Notes: generated from the sequence alone by a model not told the origin. DNA of 41,054 nt from Octopus bimaculoides (GCF_001194135.2 NC_069000.1:16779140-16820193), one strand, 5' to 3'. Positions 1-11,333 are shown, numbered from the stretch's first letter. Numbers and translations are program-made.

Positions 1-50
<50 letters not shown>

Positions 51-105
51 TGTGTGTGCGTGCGTTGAGTATATGTATGTGTGTGAGCTCGCGCGTTTGT
101 ACAAA

Positions 106-142
<37 letters not shown>
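1..142. repeat. (TG)n microsatellite, interrupted
   Basis: Long TG dinucleotide runs read directly from the sequence. Confidence 0.95.
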
Positions 143-145
<3 letters not shown>

Positions 146-1624
146 AATGAATGTGTGGAGGAGTGTATGTGTGTGTATGTGTGCGTATGTGTACATATAC
201 ATGTATCCAAATTGTTTGTATTTCATACTTTAATTTCATCACCCTCCTGGCTATAGCCACACTAATGCTCTCAATATTATATTAATATGTACTAATGAAT
301 TAAAGGTTTTGTCCCTCTATGCTCTAATTAACAAGCTATTTCTACAGAATTACGGCTCCACAGCTAATAAAGAAGTTCAATCTTCCCTTCCAAATGCTAA
401 TGTGTAAATAGTAAAACATTAATTGAATAAACAGGGAATAAAATAAATAAACATATATAACACCTAAAGGTAAATTATTAAGAACTACAAACACATCCTT
501 TAAAAAAATCCTAAAATAAAAACCAAGCTAGAAAGAAAGTAGTGGGTTCTTGCGTCAGCAAACATCATTTCGTGATGTTGGGAAATTTGGGTATGTTTCA
601 ATACAGTGGCGTAAAGTTAGTATTCAAGTCCTAAACGAAACCCTTCACGGAGAGAGAGAAACTTAAACGAAATAGCATTTATTCGCTAACAGTTTACTTA
701 GTACAGTTCATATTTCAACTCTGAAGTAAGGTTATGTATGAAGCTCACGTGTGGCTAACGATAAACTTCTCAAGATCTGCAATCTTCAAAAAAGAAAAAA
801 TAATTACCAACAATAGAAATATTGTTATTCATTACAGTAATTTATTTTCGTACGTTATTTAGATAGAGATCAGTCATGATCGATGACTAAAGACATTCTA
901 GCTATGTTGGTTAAATATAGGCATCCTTTCTTATTTCCTGAAACAAGAGACGTGTTCAAAAACTAAAACCACACCGACATTCCTTCCTTCAATAAACACT
1001 TAGAACTCCATTATCCAATGTAACTTTCATCTTGTTGTTTTTGTTGTTGTTGTTGTTTAGCACATCTATGGCCAAAGACGTTTCAGCAAGTTTATCCCTA
1101 TCCTGCTTTTTATTGAGATATTCTGTATATTATCAGACTATTTAATCCGTGTCTTCATTTTTAAAACGAAACGATTCGTGTGCTATTTCTAGAAGATGAA
1201 TTAGCTACGTAGAAACTCAGTTCCTCGTCGGCTTGTGTTTACTAACAGCTGCACCATGCTATGTAACCATAATCGAGCAGATGCTCTTTTGCTGACTAAT
1301 ATTTTTGTTAAACGTGAAGGAATGTCGGAGATGTTACAACATCCTATTTTCAATCTTCTAATGTCCATTGGCCAGATTGTTGTTAAACGAGGTTCCTTTA
1401 AAACAGGTCGCAAGAAACTGTAAATTAAAGTATAGATTCAAAAAAACTAGTTAGGGTCAGATTCGGCAAAAAACAGCTGAAATACATTAATCACAGTGCA
1501 AGAACGTTTGTGTACCAAGAGAAGGTAATCAAAAAATTCCTCGAAAAAACATTCTCCTTGTGACCACCTTTTTCGTGTATCTTTTATTTATCATTGAATT
1601 GATAGAATATCAGATAATTTACTT

Positions 1625-1740
1625 GACGGCATTTAGTTGAGTCTGTTTTAGCTCCGAGTTTCAATTTCAGGATCAACTTTGCTTTACATCCTTTCAGGAT
1701 CAATAATTTAAAAAAATCATGTTAAGGGGTCGATATTCAA
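1625..1740 (+). mobile_element. Highly decayed SINE family B fragment
   Basis: ggcatttag...gagtttcaatttcaggatcaactttgctttacatcctttcaggatcaataa resembles the body of the better copies at 32977 and 35787. Confidence 0.4.
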
Positions 1741-1929
1741 AATATCTATGGCTTTATACCTAAGTTAGTAGTCAATGTATATATCTATGCTGTTTTGACT
1801 CTTTAGGCTTTTGAGTGCTACCACGCATCTTATTCATGGATATGTACATAGCTCCACACTTGGGTCAAAATAGAAACTTAGCCAGTGGTTAATATACATA
1901 TGTCTAATATATATACATCACTTTAAAAC

Positions 1930-2130
1930 CTCAACAACAGTCCCAACAGATTATACACTTTCATGACAAAACTTCACACTCTTCCAAATCACGTAATTGG
2001 AGAAGACTTCGATGCACACCACACATCCAGACGCAAAAAACAATACAGCTAACACATCAGGTGACGCAATATCATTATAGTAAGTAGTTAACTATAAACT
2101 CCACCGTGGGCATCCTTTTTTGTTCAACAT
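1930..2130 (+). mobile_element. Decayed non-LTR retrotransposon (LINE) AP-endonuclease remnant
   Basis: 1981-2030 translates as LPNHVIGEDFDAHHTS, resembling the APE motif (I/V)xGDFNAHHxxW. No intact ORF. Confidence 0.4.
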
Positions 2131-2931
2131 GACAAACGGTCCTTAGCTCTCGTTTGTCAACTTACGGGTTCTTATCATATTTATAATATTTATCATCATG
2201 TTAGCATACTGAAGCATAAATAAACAATAAAAATGTTACTATTACAAACTTTAAAATATTTTAAAAAAATGGAAGTAAAGAAAAACAATGGAACAAATGT
2301 CATCAGAGAACTGGAACACCGTTCATTCAACAAACACCGTACTCTCTATTGTAGATACTGCGATACATTCAAAAGAATAATTGTAGAAAAACAACAAAGC
2401 ACAGAAAACATGCCACAAGACAACCTAAAAATACAACCTCATTTTCACAACAGAAACAGTCAGCCTATTACAAACTAAGAACACCCTCAAGCAAAATACA
2501 TCAATACTGCACAACAACAAAAAGAAAGAAAAGAAAAAGAAAAAATGAGCATCAAATAACTAATAAAAAACATAAATAAACCATATAAATAGCAATTATT
2601 TGTATGAAACATAAACAACAAATATCTGTATGAAGCATAAAACAACAAGCAGAGGAACAGAGTAATTAGCAGCATCAATAATAAAAGCATTAGCCATGGA
2701 AAACATGAAGGAGCCCATAGGTGGTCACTCTACCTATTAGACATGAGTTGTTTTAAATGTTTATTAAGAGAAGTAATGTATATCTCCATAGCGATATGAC
2801 TGTTCGACGTTACTACCGTCCCCCCCCCCCCCAGGAAGAGCCTCCCCCAGCTGGTTATCGATGCAATCTGCACCCGGCATATATTGCAAGCAGGGGAGCG
2901 AACCTCTATCATCTTCTAGCAGAAGACGGAA

Positions 2932-2980
2932 TCACCAGACCGAACGGTTTCGGGCTATTTGTGCCTATCGTCAGTGATGA
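2932..2980 (-). ncRNA. Type I hammerhead ribozyme motif
   Basis: Minus strand UCAUCA-CUGACGA-UAGGCACAAAUAGCCC-GAAACCGUUCGGUC-UGGUGA. Stem I 6 bp (one GU), stem II GGC/GCC with an A-C mismatch at its base, stem III ACCG/CGGU, GUC cleavage triplet. Confidence 0.8.
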
Positions 2981-3280
2981 ACACCTGGTCGCTAGAGATA
3001 TCAGGAATTCGCTCCAGCTCGCAATATATAGAAAACCAAGCGACAATCAGTCACTGATCTTACAACAAGCAAAGTAGCTAATTAGAAAATCTCTATAAGA
3101 GATGAAAGTAGTAACTAAATAGCCCTAAAACCCTTCGGTTTGGAAATTCCGTCGTCTGCCAGAAGATGGTAGGGATTTGCTCCCCTGCTTGCAATATATG
3201 CCGGGTGTAGATTGCATCGATAACTAGCTGGAGGAGGCTCTTACTGGGGCGAATTCCTGTTATCTCTAGAGGCTGGTTGT

Positions 3281-3329
3281 TCATCACTGAAGATGTGCAC
3301 AAACAGCCCGAAACTGTCCGGTCTAGTTA
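3281..3329 (+). ncRNA. Type I hammerhead ribozyme motif, partly decayed copy
   Basis: UCAUCA-CUGAAGA-UGUGCACAAACAGCCC-GAAACUGUCCGGUC-UAGUUA. Core intact; two mismatches in stem I and one in stem II. Inverted homolog of 2932-2980. Confidence 0.65.
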
Positions 3330-3689
3330 TCCTATCGTCTGCTAAAAGATGGTAGGGTTTCGCTCCTTTGCTTGTAATATATACCAGCTGCAGATTGCAT
3401 CGATAACCAGCTGGGGGAGGCTCTTCTTGGGGTTAAAAACAGTAGTAACGTCGAACAACCATATTGATGTGGCGATAAACATTACTTCTCAGTATAGTTA
3501 CTACTTTCAAATCTTGTAGATATTTTCTAACTAGCTACTTTGTTTATTAAGAGATCCTTGATATTACTAAACCTACATATTTCTCGCCCCAAATCACAAC
3601 AGGGATTCAGAACACAATGCTCCACCACCACACTGCTTCTCAGCTTTCATTGAAGGTGATGACGACAAAGAAAAAAATCTCGTGCTCAT

Positions 3690-3870
3690 CATTCTAGCAT
3701 ACCTAGACCCCAACAAAGCTGAGGTTCAACTGCTGCAAGTACCACTACAATATCACATCACTAACAACACACTAACTCTACGATTCCGCAAACCATCACT
3801 ACGCAATACTACTACAACCAAGATACTACCACCACCCCGATACAATAACATACCTCACAGCTCATACCAC
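3690..3870 (+). mobile_element. Decayed LINE reverse-transcriptase C-terminal remnant
   Basis: ORF 3682-4041 contains ...NTTTTKIL...YNNIPHSSYH, loosely like the RT thumb motif TKILGVTYD. Same strand as the endonuclease remnant at ~2 kb. Confidence 0.3.
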
Positions 3871-4254
3871 TACTACAATGAGTCGATGAGGGAACTGTTA
3901 CATGTATACGTTGTGTTTCCACCAGCTAGAACTAGTAGCCATTTTTCTCTCAAATCACCAAACCGTATTGTTTTATATAAAGGTACACTTGACAATATCT
4001 ATAGTGAAATTAAAAATAACAGCAAAATGGTACAGTCATAGTCGGAATGGCCTTTGATCACAGATCTGTCTGCAGCTATTAGAGCTGATCTGGTGTTAAA
4101 CTATAACAGCAACTGCCACAGAGAACGACGAAGACGGCGACGACGACATCCCCAGCGAATATATGCCGGCTGGTATGGCGGAGTGGGTCACATTAAACTC
4201 AACGTACTTTTAGATTGTTGCGAAAGGAGGGATGATATTGAGAGGAGAAAAGAC

Positions 4255-4289
4255 AGGAGGAGGAGGAGGAGGAGGAGGAGGAGGAGGAG
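4255..4289. repeat. (GGA)n microsatellite
   Basis: Direct reading. Confidence 0.95.
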
Positions 4290-4927
4290 TGAAATTAAAG
4301 ACAGAGTGAGAAATGTAGCGTATAGAGATCTAGAGAGAGATGTAGTAGTGGATAGGGAGGAAGCAAGCAAGATAAGGCAGTAAACGGAAAGAGAAAAGTA
4401 ATGAAAAAGAGAGATGAGGAAGAAACAGCGAGAAAGAGAGAGATATTGTGGAACATTCACGTGTTAGTTCTGCTCTTTTCATCATTATTCTTATTATTAA
4501 TACATATATTTTTGAAATGAATACTCTGAGATTCCATTATTGGATATATGAGAGATATTCTGTGAGACATTCCAAATGTTGGCTGAAAGTACAGACGGAA
4601 CGGTTTTTTTTTTTCTTTCTCTTTTTATTCTGAGGATGGAAATTACTTTGTAAATTTTGATTTCTTTTTTTTTTTTTTTGTAATGAACATATTTTAGAAA
4701 TATTTGTACTTTTGTCCANNNNNNNNNNNNNNNNNNNNNNNNNNNNNNNNNNNNNNNNNNNNNNNNNNNNNNNNNNNNNNNNNNNNNNNNNNNNNNNNNN
4801 NNNNNNNNNNNNNNNNNNNNNNNNNNNNNNNNNNNNNNNNNNNNNNNNNNNNNNNNNNNNNNNNNNNNNNNNNNNNNNNNNNNNNNNNNNNNNNNNNNNN
4901 NNNNNNNNNNNNNNNNNNNNNNNNNNN

Positions 4928-4959
<32 letters not shown>

Positions 4960-4989
4960 TTTATTTAAAAGCAGCAGAAATATAACAAA

Positions 4990-5035
4990 AAAACTGTTAC
5001 TCTGAGTTTCACGTTCCCGTTCATCGGACAGTTTT
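4990..5035 (-). ncRNA. Minimal type I hammerhead ribozyme motif with CCGAUGA core variant
   Basis: Minus strand AAAACUGU-CCGAUGA-ACGGGAACGU-GAAACUCAGAGUA-ACAGUUUU. Perfect 8-bp stem I, stem II ACG/CGU with GGAA loop, stem III ACUC-A-GAGU, GUA cleavage triplet. Confidence 0.75.
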
Positions 5036-5429
5036 GTTAGAAATGGAGAAAGAATAAAGAATATATATGTATGCATGCATGCGTATACATCATAAGTATG
5101 GATATATGTATATAACATACATAAATGTATGTATGATGTATGTAGTGTACTGTTTGCTTGATAAAATCAGGAAAAACACTCAAATCAGCGAGAATAAAAT
5201 ATTTTTTAATGAATACAGGAGTTATACGTGAGTTACTTGAAGTTTCATGCTCTAATAGCGCAGTATTAAGAAGGGATTGAATAGCTGACAATACACAATC
5301 CGGCAATCGTTGAAACTCAAGTAACATGTCTTCTCCAAGACGAAATGTAAAAAAAAAAAACTTAGTTATGTCCAAGTAAATCTCTAAATGAAGAATACTG
5401 TTAATATTGATAGTATAATGGGTTTAAAG

Positions 5430-5653
5430 TAGGTACAAAATGCAAAGCTATGCAACAAGAAATGTTATGCCTCGTGGGGTAGTCAAATGAAGGAAGGGAT
5501 AACGGATGTTAGACTGTACGTATAATCCGTTGAATGATGGAGTCGTCTTACAGTTCGATAAGAGAAACTTGTCGAGATGCATACACCTAGTAAATGTCTC
5601 CGAATTCGAGTTTAGAAGGTTGATGCAGTTCTTCAATCTAATAAGTATTGTTT
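5430..5653. repeat. 224-bp direct repeat, copy 1 (copy 2 at 7101-7324)
   Basis: Manual alignment: 9 substitutions and no indels between the copies. Confidence 0.9.
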
Positions 5654-5724
5654 CAGCTATACAGGGCTTGCACTCTTGATCTGTCTATATATGGCTTTGA
5701 TGTATCTGCGATGCTTCAGTTCTA

Positions 5725-6250
5725 ATCCCACCAAATTGAAGGCATGACCTTCTTTGGTTGAAGTCCTGCGCCTCCCCCGGGAGTTTGATATTGTTACAGA
5801 TGATACATTTTTCGTCCTTGCCAATATTCTTTTCAAAGGAACATCTTTCTTACGTTTCTGCAACGAATTCCAGATGGAAATCCGTTGGGCGATGTTAACC
5901 TCATTCAACTAAGTTGGGACTCAAACATCAAACCTACTGACGCAACTAAGTTGATGCAGAGGGTTTTCAAAACACGATTTGGTTATTTGGGAAATATCTG
6001 CGATCATCCTGGTCGTATAATGGTGTTTGGCATCGCTGTTAATCTCAGTTGGCCGGCCAGTACGGGTGCATCTTCAATCGAAACTTTCACGATCGAAATC
6101 TTGAAAACCACCTCTGACACACACGTTCCGTAACAGCGTCCTCTCTGTGCACAGTGTGTATCCTCCTGTAAGTTTCCGCTGCTTTCTTGACTTTGTTTAA
6201 AATTTTAAAAAAGTATGTAGCGTCGATAATGTTTGTTTTGATTCCATTTC
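5725..6250 (-). mobile_element. Decayed mariner transposase, N-terminal half
   Basis: Across frameshifts the minus strand gives KKAAETYRRIHTVHREDAVTERVCQRWFSRFRS, RTGRPTEINSDA, NEVNIAQRISIWNSLQKR..PLKRIL, DEKCIICNNIK and PKKVMPSIWWD, all typical mariner motifs. Multiple stops. Confidence 0.85.
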
Positions 6251-6697
6251 ATAGTGATCCCAAGCAAACAAAATGCGACCTGTCTTCTCACATGTTCGCA
6301 TCGAACTACGTTGAAGTTTCAAGTATCTAAGGAGTACACAGGCGCAAGGGATAGACTGAAGTTAGCAACGATATTTTTTACATCAAGGCTCAAGGGAGAT
6401 TTTTAAGAATTCGTGACATACTTTGCATAGAAAGTTTAAATAAAGAACTGTGTTACATTTAAAAATTTAGAAAAATATTACTTACTTTGTTGACACTTTA
6501 AGAATTTACAAGCTTTTAAGAGAGCGTGAAATATTCCTCCTTTGACAAAACCTTTTCGGTAGAGGTCGAAGGTTGTCCGTATGACTCGAACCCACATCCT
6601 GTAGACATGACAGGCGCTTTGCTCTGAAACCAAAGCAATCCCTCGAATTTTTCTACCCATTTTAGAAACTTACCACTGAAATAAAGCTGTAAATAAT

Positions 6698-6915
6698 GGT
6701 TTCAAATTTTAGCACGAAGTCAGCAATTTCGGAGGCGGGGTGAATAAGTCAATTATATCAATTCCCACTGTTCAACGGGTATTTATTTTATCGACCCCGA
6801 AAGGAAGAAAGGCAAAATCGACCTCAGCAGAATTTGAACTCAGAACCTAAAGACGTTCGAAATGCTGCTAAGCATTTTGTCCAATATGGCAACGATTCTC
6901 CCAGCTCGCCGACTT
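6698..6915 (-). mobile_element. tRNA-derived SINE, family B
   Basis: Reverse complement begins gtcggcgagctgggagaatcgttg...ggttctgagttcaaattc...gtcgattttgcctttcttcctttcggggtcgataaa, homologous to 32977-33210. Confidence 0.85.
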
Positions 6916-7100
6916 ATGCTATGTAAATATTGAGTCGAAAATCCCTTTTAGATTGTAAATTACCTTGTTTAATTAATTTGCATGCAAGAACAAAATTGTG
7001 ACTAATACCTTTCTTTTCAAGGCGGGAAATCACTAGTATGGGTCAATAACCTTTTAATACTGTTTTCAAAAATCTGCCGCGTACTTATATGACAGTTGCA

Positions 7101-7324
7101 TAGGTACAAAAAGAAAAGCTATGCAACAAGAAATGTTATGCCTCGTGGGGTAGTCAAATGAAGGAAGGGATAACGGATGTTAAACTGTGCGTATAATCCG
7201 GTGAATGATGGAGTTGTCTTACAGTTCGATAAGAGAAACTTGTCGAGATGCATACATCTTGTAAATGTCTCCGAATTCGAGTTTAGAAGGTTGATGCAGT
7301 TCTTCAATCTAATAAGTGTTGTTT
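7101..7324. repeat. 224-bp direct repeat, copy 2
   Basis: About 96% identical to 5430-5653. Confidence 0.9.
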
Positions 7325-7915
7325 GAGATTCATCGCAGTTTTAATGCCTGAAAATTGAGAAATACATTTTGATAAGAGTGAAATGTCTCAAATGATGCAC
7401 ATGCTGTTTAACTCAAGGTCAACTTTAATCATACATACGCATGGTCAAACGCATTCTAATCCAAACTATCCTGTTCGTTTTCTACGAGTATGAACGGCAG
7501 ACCGTAATTCTCCAACGTATTCATCTTTTAAAGACGTCAGATTGGGTTTAATGAAAGATTTGACTGCTATTTCTAGCAGGCCAAATGTTCACGTAGCGGC
7601 CTTTACCATAAGTTATAGCACTTAACTTAATGGTTAAATCGGATACTTGAAGTAGTGCATCTAGATATCTGTTAAAAGTCTCAGCGGTGAAACTTTAGTT
7701 ACACGTCTTACATTGTTAAAGACTCAATTGAATGGCCATGGGACTTTAATTGTTGAACTAGCCCTACAGTAAAGATTTACATTACTCCGAATAGTGACTT
7801 TTGAAGATAGAAAGTTTGTATATCTGATAGCAAATCTCAAACCCCCTTGTGATTGGTGTGATTAATTTGTTGATGTTTAACTTCAACTGCTGTAGGTTGA
7901 TCCCCTATACGTACT

Positions 7916-7918
<3 letters not shown>

Positions 7919-7988
<70 letters not shown>
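7919..7988. repeat. (TA)n microsatellite
   Basis: Direct reading. Confidence 0.95.
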
Positions 7989-7997
<9 letters not shown>

Positions 7998-8763
7998 GAC
8001 ATACACACACATATGTGTGTGTATGCGTATGTATATATTAATTGATAGTGATACACAACACACGCGCACGTACATATAAATATATTCATATTGACATCAA
8101 TGATACATAGATATATATGCGTACATATTAAAGACACATATATACATCCATACCAATAAATAAATATATTTAAGCGTTTTAGCTGTCGACTTGCTGTCGA
8201 GTAGAATAGATATTCTTGCTAATTAAAAATGTAGTCTCCCTGTCATGAGCTCTCACAATGATGGAAACTTACACTAGCATGACAAAACCAAGGCCTCCAC
8301 TTCTCAAACACCAAATGAGCGTTATGTCTCAAGCATCGTAGCTAAAGGCCAACCGTTTTTTGCTAATGCTGCCAGGATTTCCAACCGTAACTTACTTACA
8401 CTGAAAAAGAAATGTGACGCAAAAAGCATCGACACATCAAACTTTATAATGAGAAACTTTATAGCGACAGTATTAGTTTTAGAAGCCGTTAAACTAACAA
8501 GCAAATTAAACCAAAGTGTAAGCTAGAAGACGCAGGTTTCGAATCAGCATATCTTTCTCTCAAGCCTATTTACATTCGCATATTAACACATATATCCAAA
8601 TTTATCCTTTTTTAAAGTTTGTAAATGATTATTTAATTTCTTAAAATATGGTTTTTCATCGTAATTGTTGTTGACTCTTGGGTTTATCGTCCTTTGCCCA
8701 TATTTTGTCTTTCATCACATAGTGTCCGAACATTTTTCTCACCAAGCAGATGGAACTACGAGT

Positions 8764-9015
8764 TCATCGTCGTGTATTGTACGCTTGCAGCGCATTGATA
8801 TCACTACAACGAAAATCTTCCCGATTAAGCGCGAATTCTCCAGCTGCCCTGTCGCTTTTATCCAACCAGCTCGTGATATTGTCCATACATTGCGCTCTTT
8901 GCCAACCTTTTGATTCACTACCTTCTACTCTTCCTTCCATGATAATGCCTTCCGGACCTTTGATTTTTCGAATATGGCTATAATAGATGAGCTTCTGTTT
9001 TTCGTAATGTTCAGG
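8764..9015 (-). mobile_element. RTE-clade LINE 3' end remnant
   Basis: Minus strand QKLIYYSHIRKIKGPEGIIMEGRVEGSESKGWQRAQCMDNITSW...ALNREDFR...* resembles the RTE/BovB C-terminus (LxYFGHI..R..MEGKVEG.R.RGR.R..WMDNI). Confidence 0.7.
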
Positions 9016-9099
9016 AGTTGCTGTGTTTCACCGACAACACTCATTCCGATGGTCTTTGTATGAGACTCATAACATTCTCCTATACACTCACATTTCAAA

Positions 9100-10209
9100 A
9101 TCGCTACAGAAAATTATGGAATGCTCCAGATTGGACTAACTTTATGAGCCGGGCATCTGCTGGATTAACAAATTAACTTTTATGAGTTGGGGATTTGTTC
9201 TTCGCTTGCACAAGAGTTTCAAGGACGGTAGAGAGGAGTTGCAAGACGATAAGTGTGGGGAGGAGAAGGATGTCAGAGCATCAGAGCTGGTTGAGAAACT
9301 TCGCAATTTTCTGGATGAAGACTCGTGTGTCTACAAAGACAATAACAATACAGTTTAGAGTTGGTGTAGCAACTGTACATAGAATTATTCATGAAGATCT
9401 GAACATGCGCAAAATGTGTCCAAAGTTTGTTCGCAGGATGGTTAATGACGAACAGAAGGGAAAACACGTTGATGACAGTAGGGAGATGACTGAATTCATT
9501 GCCTCCAATCCAAGAGTACATGGGTCTCTGGTGATCTGTGACGAAAGCTAGATCGACTGTTATGACCCAGAGACCAATTGAAAGCGCTCAATAGAAACAT
9601 TCTGACACTCCTAGACCCAAGAAGGCCAAGCAAAGCAAGTCCACAGGAAAGCTCAAGGGGATCTCCTTTTCCGACAGCAAGGGCATAATGTACATCCACT
9701 GGGTTCCATCTGGACAGATGGTCAACAAAAAGTACTTTGTGGACATTTTGGGAGAGTTCAGGAAATGACTTTATCGCAAAACGTCAGAGCTCTTCCATTC
9801 GAGTCGGTGACATCTGCACCAGAACAATGCACCAATTCACAATTCTATCCTAATAAACTTAACAGAGATAGGCAACAAAACAGTTCATTGCCCTGCCTGC
9901 AGCTCAGATCTTGCTCCTTGTAATTTTGGTTGTTCCCCAAACTGAAGGAGAACCTGAGGAACAGTCACAGATGGAAGAGACTGTAACAAGGGTCCTATAG
10001 GCCTTTATTTTGGAGGACTTCCATAGGTCCTTGATGGGTTCTTCCATATGTCCTTCCATGAGTCCTTCACGAAGTGACTGAAACGTAATAGCATTTGCAT
10101 TGAAATCAGAAGATGCTACTTGAAGGAGATTACAATTTTGTGCTTCTTTCAAATTAATATATGCCTCTCCTGGAAAAATCTCAAAGTTCTGGAATTCACT
10201 TTGTATTGT
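9100..10209 (+). mobile_element. Decayed, near full-length mariner (DD34D) element
   Basis: KIATENYGMLQ, HKSFKDGRE, TVHRIIHEDLNMRKMCPKFVRR, LVICDES, HQNNAP, SSDLAPCNF/WLFPKLKENLR and C-terminal Y(F)EGD recovered over frameshifts and stops. No matching 5' TIR found. Confidence 0.9.
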
Positions 10210-10833
10210 ATTGGTTATTGACAAAATACTACTTTCATGAAACGAAAACTGGCTGGGACCTAGCCTGGCAATATGAAAATATATAGAATATATGTTATGT
10301 TGATGCTTTTATTAAATACCATTTTCAACTTGTTTCTTGTGACACGCTCGAGTTTAGTAGTTCAAACATAAATGACTACCTAGTTCTATCAAAATTCTAA
10401 CTAAAATGTCATGTTTCTGGATTCGAAGCCGGACGTTTCTGTATTAGTGAGAAACAGAAGACGATACATACACACTTGCATGCATAAATACATACATACA
10501 TACATACATACATACACACACACATATATATATATATATACATACATGTGTGTGTGAGTGTGTGAGTGTGTGTGTGTGTGTGTTTGTGCGTGTTTGTGTG
10601 TGTGTGTGTATTCCGTTCCCTCCCGCTGAAGCTTGAGCACATTTCTCACAAATGTCTTGGTAATATTTTACAATAACTATTTGTTTGTCTTGCATTTTCT
10701 CTCCCCTAATCTTGATGCCAAAATTTAAGGATCTGACCCCTAATATCTGCTGTCCCAATTGATATAAGTTTCAGCTGAGAATTTTATCATTTTTACTGTG
10801 GATGTTGATATACATACATACATACATACATAC

Positions 10834-10867
<34 letters not shown>

Positions 10868-11048
10868 GGTAACTTCCTCCAACCTTTTTACAGATTTACG
10901 TTCAACGGTGGGAGGAGTGGAATAAAGCAGCAACTTCATCTGAAGCGAATTTCGAAAGGATTCTTTGTTTTCTTATCTGCTTCTTCTCTTACTGTGTCTC
11001 AACCCCAACCTTTGGTGTATTTATTGGGGTTAGTGATTATACGCATCG

Positions 11049-11083
<35 letters not shown>

Positions 11084-11333
11084 ACAAATGTGTATGCACG
11101 TATATTTGTATACACTACACATACATACGCTCACATATATATGGATTTGACTGTGAAAATATACAGATACTTATAAATAATGATGGTTGTTTATGTTAAC
11201 ACGCGGACTTATGTATGCTCATGTATATATATACGAGTATATGTGTGTGTGTGTGTGTGTGTGTGCATGAATGTGTGTGTGTATGTATATATATATGTAT
11301 GTATGTATGTATATATATGTATGTATGCACGTG

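Larger units (their letters stand above)
2758..3554. mobile_element. Composite inverted/tandem repeat element carrying two hammerhead motifs (Penelope-like pseudo-LTR or retrozyme-like)
   Basis: 2768-3012 is an inverted copy of 3249-3490. 3118-3248 is a direct partial copy of 3301-3432. 48-bp inverted repeats at 3070-3117 and 3495-3542. Identical 14-mer tgtttattaagaga at 2758-2771 and 3541-3554. The repeats are read directly; the class assignment is inferred. Confidence 0.7.

Noticed and set aside
2757-3077. 106-aa ORF with a polyproline stretch
   Set aside because: It lies in the inverted-repeat arm; the prolines come from a poly-C run, and the homologous arm does not keep the frame.
5037-5375. 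112-aa minus-strand ORF
   Set aside because: No recognisable domain, non-consensus acceptor, and the C-terminus is microsatellite-derived.
6575-6635. tRNA-like fold on the minus strand (cctgt/acagg stem, ggttcgagtc)
   Set aside because: No acceptor stem and a poor D arm; at most a decayed tRNA-derived SINE head.
9904-10224. 106-aa minus-strand ORF that looks protein-like
   Set aside because: It is the antisense reading of the mariner C-terminus and terminal repeat on the plus strand.
10887-11030. Good splice acceptor (tttttacag) followed by IYVQRWEEWNK...
   Set aside because: No convincing donor and no recognisable protein.
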